Assembly: GCF_009914755.1 (NCBI RefSeq)
Contig: NC_060931.1
DNA: 64,000 nt
From: the human T2T-CHM13v2.0 reference genome, Homo sapiens
Direction: 5' to 3' (one strand)
Shown: piece after piece, positions 13,300-30,325 of the stretch
Layout of the letters: every line of letters starts with the position of its first letter
Position numbering within the stretch: position 1 is the stretch's first letter
Notes under the pieces: model-generated
Database searches by the model: none
Told to the model about the DNA's origin: nothing
Seen by the model: the letters and a program-made list of their open reading frames with translations, nothing else
Position numbers and translations under genes: made by a program

Positions 13300-16200
13300 A
13301 CTGTTTTGGTAGAATCTGAAAAGGGATATTTGGGAGCACATTGAGGCCTATGGCAAAAAAAGAAATACATTCAGATTAAAAGTAGAGAGAAGCTTTCTGT
13401 GAAACTGCTTTCTAATGTGTGCATTCATCTCGCAGAGTTAACCATTTCTGGGGATTCAGCAGTTTGGAAACCCTGTTTTTTAAGGATCTGTGAAGGGATA
13501 TTTGGGAGCACAATGAGACCTATGGTGAAAAAGGAAGTTTCTTCAGATAAAGACCAAAAAGAAGATTTCTGAGAAACCTTTTCATGATGTGTGCATTCAT
13601 CTCACAGAGTTAAACCTTTCTTTGGATTCATCAGTTTGGAAACATTGTTTTTGTCCATACTGAAAATAGACATTTGGGAGCTCATTGAGTTCAATTTCCA
13701 AAAAGTGAATATCTGAGGATAAAAACTAGAAGAAAACTTTCTGAAAGACTACTTTCTGATATGTGCATTCATTTCACAGAATGAAACTTTTCTTTTCTTT
13801 CAGCAGTTTGGAAACCGTGTTTTGGTATTATCTGTGAAGGGATATTTGGGAGTGCATTGAATCCTCTGGTGAAAAAGAAAATACCTTCACATAAATACTA
13901 GAAGGAAGCATTCTGAGAAACGGCTTTGTGATGTGTGCATTCATCTCACAGAGTTAAAAGTTTCTTTGGATTCAGCAGTTTGGAAACACTATTTTTGTAC
14001 AATCTATGAAGGGATATTTGATAGCTCATTCAGGCCAAAGACAAAAAAGAAAATATCCGGAATAAAAACTAAAAGGAAGCTACCTGAGAAACTGCTTTGT
14101 GATATGTGTGTTCATCACTCAGAGTTAAAGCTTACTTTTCATTCAGCAGTTTGGAAACACTGTTTTGGTTGAATCTATGAAAGGATATTTTGAAGCACAT
14201 TGAGGCCTCTGGTGAAAAAGAAAATATCTTTAGATTAAAACTAGAAAGAAGCTTTCTGAGAAATTACTCTGTGATGTGTGCATTCATTCACCCAGTTAAT
14301 GGGATTCAATTGCTAATGGGATTCAGCAATTTGGAAACACTCTTTTTGTAGAATCTCTGAAGGCATATTTGGGAGCTCTTTGAGGCCAATGGTGAAAAAG
14401 TGAATATCCTAGGATAAAAACTAGCAGGCAGCTATCTGAATAATCACTTTGTGATGTGGGCATTCATCTTGCAGAGTTAAACCTTTCTTTTCTTTCAGCA
14501 GTTTTGAAACACTGTTTTTGTGGAGTCTGCAAAGGGATATTTGGCAGCACATATAAATGTATGTTGAAAAAGGTAATATCTTCAGATAAAAACTAGAAAG
14601 AATCTTTCTGAGAAACGGCTTTATGATGTGTTCATTCATCTCACAGAGTTAAACCTTTATTTTAACTCAACAGTTTGGAAACACTGTTTTAGTAGAATAA
14701 GTGAGGGAATATTTGGGAGCTAATTGAGGCCAAAGGCAAAGAAGTGAATATCCCCAGATAAAAACTAGAAGGAAGCTATCTGAGAAACTGCTTTGTGATG
14801 TGTGCATTCATCTCATAGATTTAAACCTTTCCTTTCATTCAGCAGTTTGGAAATGCTGTTTGGTAGAATCTGCGATGAGATAATTTGGAGCTCATTGAGG
14901 CCAAAGGCAAAAAATCAAATATACCAGGATGAAAACTAGAAGGAACTATCTGAGAAACCCTTTTGTGATGTGGGTATTCATCTCACAGAGTTAAGCATTT
15001 CCTTTCATTCAGAAGTTTGGAAACACTGTTTTTGTAGAATCTGCAAAGGGAAATTTGGGAGTGCGTAGAGGTCTATGGAGAAAAAGGAAATATCTTTAGA
15101 TATAAACTAGAAAGAAGCTTTCTGAGAAACTGCTGTGTGATGTGCATTCATCTCACATAGTTAAACCCTTCTTAATTTCAGCAGTTTGGAAGCACTGTTT
15201 TTGTCCATTCAGCAAAAGGATATTTGTGATCTAATAGGGCCAATGGCAAAAAAGAGAATATACAAGGATAAAATCTACAATAAAGCAATTTGAAAAATGG
15301 CTTTGTGATGTGTGCATTCATCTCTCTGAGTTAAACCTTTCTTTTCATTCAGCAGTTTGGAACCACTGTTTTGGTAGAATCTGCAAAGGAATATTTGGGA
15401 GTGCGTTTAGGCCTACAGTGAAGAAGAAAATATCCTCAGGTGAAAACTGGAAAGAAACTTTCTCAGCTAATGCTTTGTGATGTGTGCATTCATCTTACAG
15501 AGTTAAACATTTCTTGGGATTCAGCAGTTTTGAAACACTGTTTTTGTAGGATCTGTGAAGATATATTTTAAGCTCATTGAGGCCAAATGCCAAAAAGCAA
15601 AATCCCAGGATAAAAACTAGAAGGAAGCTATCTGAGAATTTGCTTTGTCATGTTTGAGTTCATCTCGCAGTGGTAAACCTTGCTTTTCATTCAGCAGTTT
15701 GGAAAAACTGTTTTGATAGAATCTACGGATGGATATTGGGAGTGTATTGAGGCCTATGGTGAAAAGAATATATCTTCATATGAAAACTAGAAAGAAGCTT
15801 TCTGAGCAAATGCTTTGTGATGTGTGCATTAATCTCACAGAGTTCAACCTTTCTTGGGATTCAGCAATTTGGAAACACTGTTTTTGTAGAACCTGTGAAG
15901 GGATATTTAGGAGCTCATTGAGACAAAATGCAAAAAAGAGTATATCCCAGGATAAAAACCAAAAGAAAGCTACCTTAGAAACTGATTTATGATGTATGCA
16001 TTCATCTTGCAGAGTTAAACTTTTATTTTAATTCAGCAGTTTGAAAACACTGTTTTTGTAGAATCTACAAAAGGATATTTGATAGCACATTGAGGCCACT
16101 GGTGAAAAAGTGAATATCCCAGGATAAAAATTAGAAGGAAGCCATTTGAGAAACTGCTTTGTGATGTGTGCATTCATGTCACAGAGTTAAACCTTTCCTT

Positions 16201-18464
16201 TCATTCAATAGTTTGGAAACACTTTTTTTTCAGAATCTCTGAAGGGATATTTGGGAGCACATTGAAGTCTATGGTGAAAAAGGAAATATCTTCAGATCAA
16301 AACTAGTAAGAAGCTGTTTGAAAGACTGCTTTGTGGTGTGTGCATTCATTTCAGAGAGTTTAATCTTTCTGGGGATTCAGCAGTTTGTAAACACTGTTTT
16401 TGTATAATTTGTGAAGGGATATTTCATTGCTCATGGAGGCCAATAGTGAAAAGGTGAATATCCCAGGATAACACCTAGAAGGAAGCTATCTGAGAAACCA
16501 CTTTGTGATGTGTGCATTCATCTCACAGAGTCAAACCTTTCTTTTCTTTCAGGAGTGTGGAAACACTGTTTCTGTAGAATCTGAGAAGGGATATTTGGGA
16601 GCACATTGAGGCGTAAGGTGAAAAAGCAAATATCTTCAGACAAAAACTAGAAAGAAGCCTTCTGAGAATCTGGTTTGTGATGTGTACATTCATCTCACAG
16701 AGTTAAACCTTTCTTAGGTTTCAGCAGTTTGGAAACACTGTTTTTGTAGAATCTGCAAAGGGATATTTGATAGCTCATTGAGACTAAAAGCAAAAAACAA
16801 ATATCCCAGGATAAAAACCATAATGAAGCTATCTGATAAACCAATTTGTGATGTGTGTATTCATCTCACAGAGTTAAACATTTCCTTTCATTCAGCAGTT
16901 TCAAAACCCAGTTTTGGTAAAATCTGTGAAGGGATATTTTAGAGTGCAATGAGGCCTATGGTGAAAAAGGAAATATCTTCAGTTAAAAACTAGAAAGAAG
17001 TTTTCTGAGAAACTGCTTTGTGATGTGTGCATTCATCTCACAGAGCTAAACTTTTTTTTGATTCAGCTGTTGGAAATTACTGTTTTAGTGGAAAATACAA
17101 AGGAATATTTGATAGCTCATTGATGCCATAGGTGAAAAAGTGAATATCCCAAGAAAAAAATAAGAAGGAAGCTATCTGAGAAACCGCTTTGTGATGTGTG
17201 CATTCATCTCGAAGAGTTAAACCTTTCTTTTCATTCGACAGTTTGGCAATACTGTTTTTGTAGAATCTATGAAGGGATACTTGGGATCACATTGAGGCCT
17301 GTGGTGAAAAAGGAAATATCTTCAGATAAAAACTAGAAAGAAGCTTTCTGAGAAACTGCTTTGTGATGTGTGCCTTCATCTCACATTGTTAAACTTTTCT
17401 TTGGACTCAGGAGTTTGGAGACGCTGTTTTTGTAGAATCTGCTAAGGGATATTTGATGGCTCAATGAGGCCATAAGGGACAAAACAAATATCCCAGTATA
17501 TAAACTAGAAGGAAGCTATCTGAGAAACCACTTTGTGATGTGTGCATTCATCTCATAGAGCTAAACCTTTCTTTTCTTTCAGCAGTTTGGAAACACTGTT
17601 TTTGTAGAATCTGAAAAGAGATATTTGTGAACGTATTGAGGCTGATGGTGAAAAGAGGAAATATCTTCAGATAATAACTAGAAAGAAGCTTTCTGAAAAA
17701 CAGCTTTGTGATGTGTGCATTCATAAGACAGAGTTAAACCATTCTTTGGATTCAGCAGTTTGGAAAGTCTGTTTTTGTTCTTTCTGCAATTGGACATTTC
17801 GGAGTTCATTGAGGCCACTGAGAAAAAGTGTATATGCCAGGATAAAAACCTGGATGGAAGCCCTCTGAGAAACCGGTTTGTGATGTGTGCATTCTTCTTG
17901 CAGAGTTAAAACTTTCTTTTAATTCAGCAGTTTGGACACACTGTTTTTGAAGAATCTGCTAAGGGATATTTGGGAACACATTGAGGCCAACAGGGAAAAA
18001 GCATATATCCCATGATAAAAACTAGAAGAAAGCTATCGTAGAAGCCCGTTTGTGATGTGTGCAATCAACTGACGCAGTTAAACCTTTCCTTTCATCCATC
18101 AGTTTGGAAATATTGTTTTGGTAGAGTCTGCAAGGGGATATTTGGGAGGACATTGAGGCCTATGGTGAAAAATGAAGTATCCTCAGATAAAAACTAGAAA
18201 TATGCTTTCTGAGAATCTGCTTTGTGATGTGTGAATTCATCTCACAGAGTTAAACTTTTCTATTTAGCAGTTTGGAAACACTGTTTTTGTCCATTTTGCT
18301 AGTGGACATTCATGGGCTCATTAAGGCCAGTGGCGAAAAAGCCAATATCCCAGGATAAAAACCAGAAGGAAGCTACTGGAGAAACTGCTTTTTGATGTGT
18401 GCATTCATCATGCAGAGTTAAATCTTTTTTTTCTTTTCTTTTTGTATTTATTAATTCAGGTTAT

Positions 18465-18538
18465 TTCATTCATTTATTCATTCATATATTCATTTAATCA
18501 ATAAATATTTATTGAGCACTTACCATGTGCCAGGCTCT
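18465..18538 (-). mobile_element. L2 3'-end remnant
   Basis: Reverse complement reads cctggcacatggtaagtgctcaataaatatttattg...tgaatgaa, typical of L2 3' ends. Confidence 0.7.
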
Positions 18539-19382
18539 CTGTAATTGTTGGGTTTCTGCTACGTCTCTCTTTCATCCAAAAGTTGGAAAATACAAAAAGT
18601 CTAGTAGAGAAGTGTTCTACGTCAGCCTGGCTCTGTAATAGTAGACATAACAGAAGCTAAATCTAAAAAGAGAATGCTAGAGATATTCTCTACCTACTTT
18701 TCTCAAGCTCTGAAGCCAAGGAGGAACAAGGGACAGCATCTAAAAATTTCCTATGTCCCTTGTCCCTGAGAAAAAGGTGTGATAAGTGGCTAAATGTGGA
18801 AGATGACCCCTGGAGTAGCATCATAATAAGGATGAATGGAGAGGCTACTGTGATCAGTATGAATCTAGTTAGCAGAGTACCAAAGGGGAAGAGGACATTT
18901 TAGTGCACTGCAGTAAGTGTCAGTTCCAGTGACCAAAGATGTTAATGGTGACTATATTTTTCAACACAAGGCAGCATGCATGGATGCAATAAACCATGGA
19001 CACATTAACCTCTTCCCTGAAGCCAGAATGACAAGGCCCTACCTGTATGGAATTTAGATCAAAGGTGTGAGGAGAAGAAAATAAGTGAAAAGGAAAGACC
19101 CTGAAGTCACTAAGTAGAAACATAGAATTGAGCAAACTTAAATCATAAAGTGAATGATTTGCTCTGAAAGTGTTTTTTTATTATACTTTAAGATCTAGGG
19201 TACATGTGCACAATGTGCAGGTTTGTTACATATGTATACATGTGCCATGATGGTGTGCTGCACCCATTAACTAGTCATTTACTTTAGGCATATATCCTAA
19301 TGCTATCCCTTCCCCCTCACCGCACCCCATGACAGGCCTAGAGTGTGATATTCCCCTTCGTGTGTCCAAGTGTTCTCATTCT

Positions 19383-23207
<3,825 letters not shown>

Positions 23208-23270
23208 TATGACGTTAGCTGGTTATTTTTCTCATTAGTTGATGCAGTTTCTTCCTAGTATCAATGGTCT

Positions 23271-24288
23271 TTACAATTTGATATGTTTTTGCAGTGGCTG
23301 GTACTGGTTGTTCCTTTCCATGTTTAGTGCTTCCTTCAGGAGCTCTTGTAGGGCAGGCCTGGTAGTGACAAAATCTCTCAACATTTGCTTGTCTGTAAAG
23401 TAGTTTATTTCTCCTTCACTTATGAAGCTTAGTTTGGCTGGATATGAAATTCTGGGTTGAAAATTCTTTTCTTTAACAATGTTGAATAATTGGCCCCCAC
23501 TCTCTTCTGGCTTGTAGAGTGTCTGCTGAGAGATCCACTTTTAGTCTGATGGGCTTCCCTTTGTGGGTAACCCGACCTTTCTCTCTGGCTGAACTTAACA
23601 TTTTTTCCTTCATTTCAACTTTGAAGAATCTGACAATTATGTGTCTCGGAGTTTCTCTTCTCAAGGAGTATCTTTGTAGTGTTCTCTGTATTTCCTGAAT
23701 TTGAATGTTGGCATGCCTTGCTAGTTTGGGGAAGTTCTCCTGGATAATATCCTGCAGAGTGTTTTCCAACTTGGTTCCATTCTCCCTGTCACTTTCAGGT
23801 ACACCAATCAGACGTAGATTTGGTCTTTTTACATAGTCCCATACGTCTTTCAGACTTTGTTCATTTCTTTTCACTCTTTTTTCTCTAAACGTCTCTTTTT
23901 GCTTCATTTCATTCATTGCATCTTCAATCACTGATACCTTTTCTTCCAGTTGATTGCATCAGCTACTGAGGCTTGTGCATTCGTCACTTAGTTTTCATGC
24001 CATGGTTTTCAGTTCCATCAGGTCCTTTAAGGACTTCTCTGCATTGGTTAGTCTCATTAGCCATTTGTCTGATTTTTTCTCAAGGTTTTTAATTTCTTTG
24101 CCATCGGCTCAAACTTCCTCCTTTAACTCGAAGTAGTTTGGTCTTCTGAAGCCTTCTTCTCTCAACTTGTCAAAGTCATTCTCGATCTAGCTTTGTTCCA
24201 TTGCTGGTGAGGAGCTGCATTCCTTTGGAGGAGGAGAGGCATTCTGATTTTTAGAGTTTCCAGTTTTTCTGCCCTGTTCCTTCCCCAT
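23271..24288 (-). pseudogene. L1 ORF1, disrupted
   Basis: ATG at 24288 (atggggaag...), stop at 23271; fragment 23473-23931 matches ORF1p (WDYVKRPNLRLIGVPE, ARREW). Confidence 0.9.
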
Positions 24289-24861
24289 CTTTGTGGTTTT
24301 ATCTACCTTTGGTCTTTGATGATGGTGACGTACAGATGGGGTTTTGGTGTGGATGTCCTTTCTGTTTGTTAGTTTTCCTTCTAACAGTCAGGGCCCTCAG
24401 CTGCAGGTCTGTTGGAGTTTGCTGGAGGTCCACTCCAGACCCTGTTTGCCTGTGTATCAGCAGCGGTGGCTGCAGAACAGTGGATATTTGTGAACTGCAA
24501 ATGCTGCTGCCTGACCATTCCTCTGAAAGTTTTGTCTCAGAGGAGTACCCGGCCATGTGAGGTGTCAGTCTGCCTCTACTGGGGGGTGCTTCCCAGTTAG
24601 GCTACTCAGGGGTCAGGGACCCACTTGAGAAGGTATTCTGACTGTTCTCAGATCTCAAACTGCATGCTGGGAGAACCACTACTCTCTTCAAAGCTGTCAG
24701 ACAGGGACATTTAAGCCTGCAGAGGTTACTGCTGCCTTTTGTTTGTCTGTGCCAAGCCCCCAGAGGTGGAGCCTACAGAGGCAGGCAGGCCTCCTTGAGC
24801 TGTGGTGGGCTCCACCCAGTTCGAGCTTCTGGCCACTTTATTTACTACTCAAGCATCAGCA

Positions 24862-25125
24862 ATGGTGGGCACCATTCCCCCAACCTCACTGCTGCCTTGC
24901 AGTTTGATCTCAGACTGCTGTGCTAGCAATGAGTGAGGCTCCATGGGTGTAGGACCCTCCAAGCCATGTGTGGGATATAATCTCCCAGTGTGCCATTTGT
25001 TAAGCCCACTGGAAAAGGGCAGTATTAGGGTGGGAGTGACCCGATTTTCCAGGTGCTGTCTGTCACCCCTTTCTTTGAGTAAGAAAGGGAATTCCCTGAC
25101 CCCTTGCACTTCCCAGGTGAGATAA
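24862..25125 (+). pseudogene. L1 ORF0 remnant (antisense in 5' UTR) with premature stop
   Basis: ATG at 24862 gives MVGTIPPTSLLPCSLISDCCASNE then TGA at 24934; the same frame continues as ORF 24943-25125 (GVGPSKP...SIRVGVTRFSRC), as in ORF0. Confidence 0.75.
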
Positions 25126-25886
25126 TGCCTCTCCCTGCTTTGGCTTATGCACAGTGCACTGCACTCACTGTCCTGCACCCACTCTCTGGCACTCCCCAGT
25201 GAGATGAACCTGGTACCTCAGTTGGAAATGCAGAAATCACCCATCTTCTCTGTCGCTCATGCTGGGAGCTGTAGACTGGAGCTATTCCTAATTGGCCATC
25301 TTGGCCACCGCCCAAAACAAAATATTTTCATACTATTGGTTCACTAATCTACTTTCAATTATCAATAAAGCTATATCATTAGAGCCATTGTAAAAAATCT
25401 AAAAGCATATATATTTCTAAATTCATTTTATATATTTTATAGTACTGAACAGTTTCTAATAAGTTTATTTGAATGTTCGAGTAATCTCAATATATTCCAG
25501 AATAAACTGCATTCTCCCAAACAATAGGCTATATAGTAAAGCATAAAAATAAGGATAAATACAAAGGTGCAAACTCATGTTAGTTGTACCTCTACCCTGA
25601 CCCTCTCCTATTTTCCTCAAAATTTCACCATTTACTTTCATCTTCCAGTTTTTTTCCAGACATTTTTCTCTAAATCTTTTTGTTGCTGTTGTTCCTCTCA
25701 CTTGGCCCCCTTTACTTTTTCTTCTACACACCTCTTCTCTACACTGTCATATATTCCTGACTTTGGAATACAAAGAATACAAGAATGGAAAGAGAGTAAT
25801 ACCTAATCTCCCAAACTGAGGACTCACCACCTCACTAGTAAGGAGAGAAAGAAATTGCATTCTAGTTTGTTCAAGTGCCTTAATAA

Positions 25887-26218
<332 letters not shown>

Positions 26219-28305
26219 CAAAAAACGGTGACTTACATGTAATAGATCCCCAACAAACATTGTCTAATTATACAATTGTTGAAATTCTCATCCTTTATGC
26301 CCACAGAAGAAACATTATGGACAACTCTGAAAAGAGGGGCTAGAATCAGAATCAATTGCACTACAGTTCTAAATGAAAGCATTGTGTGTTTTTAACATAC
26401 TGTGCATAGGGAGCTATTGTGAGGGCATTAATTATGTGAGCATGTCTATTTTATTGGACAAATGTTGCTGACCTATTGATGTACCAATCAAGTATCTCCT
26501 TTTTTCCATCTTTCGAACAAGACACAGTAGTCCACATTCAAGTTGTGAAGCCAAAAACTCGTGGGTTCAGATCTTTACTCAGCCATTTAATAGCACTAAG
26601 ACATTGAACAAGTCATCTGTGTGATCCTCCATTTTCTCCTAAATATTATTATCTATGATAATATACTCTCATAGTGTTGCAAAGATGAGGCTCTATCTGA
26701 CTAAGCACTTATCAGTCTGGTCCAGAATGTTGATTCATAAATGGAATGAGATCTCAGCAGGGCAGCAGCAACAGAACTAGCAGTAAATATAGCTACCTAC
26801 GTGCTATCTGGACTTCTGATGTTAATAAAAATGTATTAACAAATACTCTGTAGCTTTCCTTTGAAACTGAATCATTCACAGTTATACTTGATTATAGGAT
26901 CCCATATTTATTTCCTTGGTTTTGATAAGAGAATTCCTTATAAAGGGTTGCATTTCTGTATCCACCACAGAACTTATTTCTGTACTAACTGAAAAATCTT
27001 TTCAAATGCAAGCAAGATACATACACACATTACATATCTATAGCTTTCTTCAAAATGTTCCAAAGAAAGGACTAAAGTCCTAGAAGTCACAAATGAAAAA
27101 AAAAAAATCTGTTTTGTTCTTAGTTGATTGTAAACCTCTAAAAATGTCTTGATACTTTTGACACATTTACAGTTTTCTGTTCCACCTTCTCACCTGTCAT
27201 CCTGTTACAGGCTTTTTAAATCACATTTTCAAAATTACACTTTTAATACTCAGCTTCACCTCACAATATCTTAACTTCTCAACATCAGCAGTGTCTTCCT
27301 TTCTTAGCCACATGCTTTACCATACTCTAAAATTTATTCACCATTTGATGATGTTCCACTGTCAAACGCTGGAAATACAATATTCTTTTCTGACCAAACC
27401 CATCCATCCTTGCGCTATTCTCATTCTACTAAAATTAGTGAGCCTGCTATTCATTTTCATCCCGCTCTTCAGGCTCTCAAATCTTACGAGTTCTTATTCT
27501 GTTCATCTCGTGGAGCTGCCCTTGCTCTCTTTCTCAGCCCAGATTAATTTATGTCTTCGTATTCACTACCTCTGGAAAGCTCATCATTTTGTTTTATACA
27601 AAGTGGATGCCTTGCTAGTCTCTAACCAAGTAATCCTCAGCTGTTTCCTTAACCCACTCAGATTACAGGCTAAGTGTTGCTAGAGAAGTGATGTAACTGT
27701 GTTGACTAAAGTGACAACAAATGTTAATTTTGCCAAGTTCCTCATTATGGCTCTACAATCTTTTCTGTACTTCATGCTTATTTCCTACTACACTCCCCTG
27801 GCTCCTATCCCCATACCAGTTAATCTCAAGCTAGGACCTCATTTACAATTATCTGAGAAGACTGAAGTCCCCATTAGATGGCAAACTCTTTGCAATTAGG
27901 GTTGTTATCAGTTGTTTTATTTACCACAGAATCCTCATCCTCCAGCACAGTACTTACAAAGAAAATGCTCAAAAAAATCTGTTAAATAAATAATGAGTTA
28001 CTTAGTTTAAGTAATGAACTGATTCAATTCCCTTCCTCTTCTGAGATGTGACCAGCCTCTCCCTGTGCTACTACTAATCACCTAACCTTCTTAGAACATC
28101 CTGAAATTGACCCTGAAAAATTATTTTCCTTTCTATTATACCTCCGCCTCTTCCTGCAAGGGGATTCTATCCTGAAAAACATAAATATACATTCAGATTT
28201 TCCTTATTGTGGCTTTAAAAATATCCTGCCTTCAGTAATATTAATTACTTTCATGAGTAATATTTCCTTCCCACAATTTAACATTAAACTTTTTTTTGTC
28301 TCCAT

Positions 28306-28347
28306 ATCTTCAAGATCCCAGATGGCCTTAAACATGGGCAATTGGAC
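28306..28347. repeat. 42-bp perfect inverted repeat, copy 1 (partner 34868-34909)
   Basis: atcttcaagatcccagatggccttaaacatgggcaattggac is the exact reverse complement of 34868-34909. Confidence 0.95.
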
Positions 28348-28602
28348 TTCTGCTTCTATTTAACCTCAATAAACATATTTTTTTCTCAGTGGCAACTAAT
28401 AGACTATTCAACTTTCTTTATGAAAAAAATTCAAATAGATGGAATACTTGAAAGAATAATACAATAAAACCAGCATAAGCACTCCCTGATTCAAAGTTGG
28501 TTAACAAATGATTATTTATTTTACATGCACACATACACAACCACACACACACAAACACACACTCCCTCCCTCCTTTGATGACTCATAAGAAATTCAGTTG
28601 TG

Positions 28603-28923
28603 GGCTGGGCACGGTGGTTCATGCCTGTAATCCCAGCACTTTGAGAGGCCGAGGCAGGCGGATCACGAGGTCAGGTGTTCAAGACCAGCCTGGTCAACAT
28701 GGTGAAACCCCGTCTCTACTGAAAACACAAAAAATAGCTGGGCGTGTTGGCACACGCCTGTAATCCTAGCTACTCAGGAGGCTGAGGCAGGGGAATTGCT
28801 TGAATCCAGCAGGTGGAGGTTGCAGTGGGCCGAAATCATGCCAGTGCACTCTAGCCTGGGCAACAGAGCATGACTCTGTCAAAAAAAAAAAAAGAAAAAA
28901 GAAAAGAAAAAGGAAAAGAAAGA
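28603..28923 (+). mobile_element. AluS (Sg-like), full length
   Basis: Dimeric Alu with A tail; TSD aaattcagttg at 28590-28600 and 28924-28934. Confidence 0.92.
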
Positions 28924-30256
28924 AAATTCAGTTGCCTGTATCACTGCATATTTATCCCAAATAATTCAGCACACATCTCCTAATATGATTTATTTTCTAG
29001 CCCATATGAAAAATTTCCCAATTCTACCAAAATTTTTTTATAGACCGCGTTTCAAAAAAGTGAAATAAAATAAAACTTCAAGCACTGCATTTGTCTGTCG
29101 TTAGTCCCTTTTAATCTGGAAAAGTCCCTCCACACTGGCACTAACTTTTTACAAGTCTAGGCCACAGGGCTGGTATGTATCTTCAATGTAGAATACCTCA
29201 CCTTATGCATTTGTCTCATTATTTCCTCATGTTTTAGTTTAACTGGCCCTTTCTCTGAATTTTTCTATAAACGGGAAGTTAAATCTAACCAGGTTTTATT
29301 AGATTCAGGTTAGACATTCTAGCAACAACATTTCACAAATGGCACTGTAGCCTTCATATGGCATCTCCTCAGGAGGCTCATGGTGTCAGGTTTTCTAGTG
29401 GTGATGTTGGGTTAAATCATTCAGTCACTTAAAATGATGACTTGCAGATGCAATTAATACTTGAGCACTATGAGAATACATTATTCACCAAAATAATTTT
29501 AATTGATGATTTTATCACTTGATCATCTTTGACTGAATCACTTACTTCACTGAGAGTTACAAACAGTAATTTTCTAATTCTTACATTTCTTACACTTAAC
29601 TCACATTATTTTGTGAAAAGCTGTCCCTCATCAACTAAGAAAGGCAGGCTAATCATTTAATTATTTCAATTTAATTATTGTCATTTTTCTTTTTTATTTT
29701 TTTATTTAGAGTATCATTACACACTCATGGATTTTACTTTATTCAATGTTTACAATATGTTAAATTCACTCTTGAAATTCAAACTGATTTAAATTGCACA
29801 ACTGTAAGGCCCTTCAAGCTAGCACTTGTTTACAATGATACAGCCTTATTTGTCGTTGACCATTTCCTTACTTTGTGGTAAAATGAGTTCTCCCAGGCTC
29901 ATCTTGTATTTTTTCTGCCCAGAATTAGAGTCAGCCAATTCTAGGTTAAGGAAGACCAAAGGGTTCTTGTCCTCTTGAGTGGAGAATGATATTAAGAAGC
30001 CCTGCTTTGTGCGCTAGATGTGCTCATTGCTTCCTGAAAGACATTGCTTTGAAGATTTTTCAGTAGACATAGCTAGTAAATATATTTATTTTTGAAAGCT
30101 TTATAGTGTATTTTATTATCTAATTGGTTAGCCCCCTCTTTTCTTTCTCAGAATATTCTCTGCTATTTTTACATATAAATATACATTTCAAATCAATTTA
30201 GCTAATTCCAGAAAAACTTCCTACTGGTCCTCCTATTTAGATCATGTTACCACCAT

Positions 30257-30318
<62 letters not shown>

Positions 30319-30325
30319 CACACAC
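30257..30325. repeat. (CA)n microsatellite
   Basis: Long, slightly interrupted CA run; shorter runs near 28530-28562 and 30505-30527. Confidence 0.95.

Larger units (their letters stand above)
1..18438. repeat. Diverged alpha satellite array (~171-bp monomers, mostly alternating dimer), interrupted by two LTRs
   Basis: Motifs tgtgatgtgtgcattcatctcacagagttaaac and cagcagtttggaaacactgtttt recur every ~171 bp. Monomers alternate between gaatatcccaggataaaaactagaaggaagctatc and gaaatatcttcagataaaaactagaaagaagctttc. The A-box-type motif cctatggtgaaaaaggaa is present; no TTCGTTGGAAACGGGA CENP-B box was seen. Confidence 0.97.

Noticed and set aside
1042-15992. Short similar ORFs (MCIHLTEL..., KLSEKLL...) resembling a gene family
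   Set aside because: They are translations of alpha satellite monomers and LTR sequence.
1-18438. CRISPR-like array or active centromeric higher-order repeat
   Set aside because: There are no unique spacers, monomers are highly diverged, no CENP-B box was seen and no near-identical multimer is evident.
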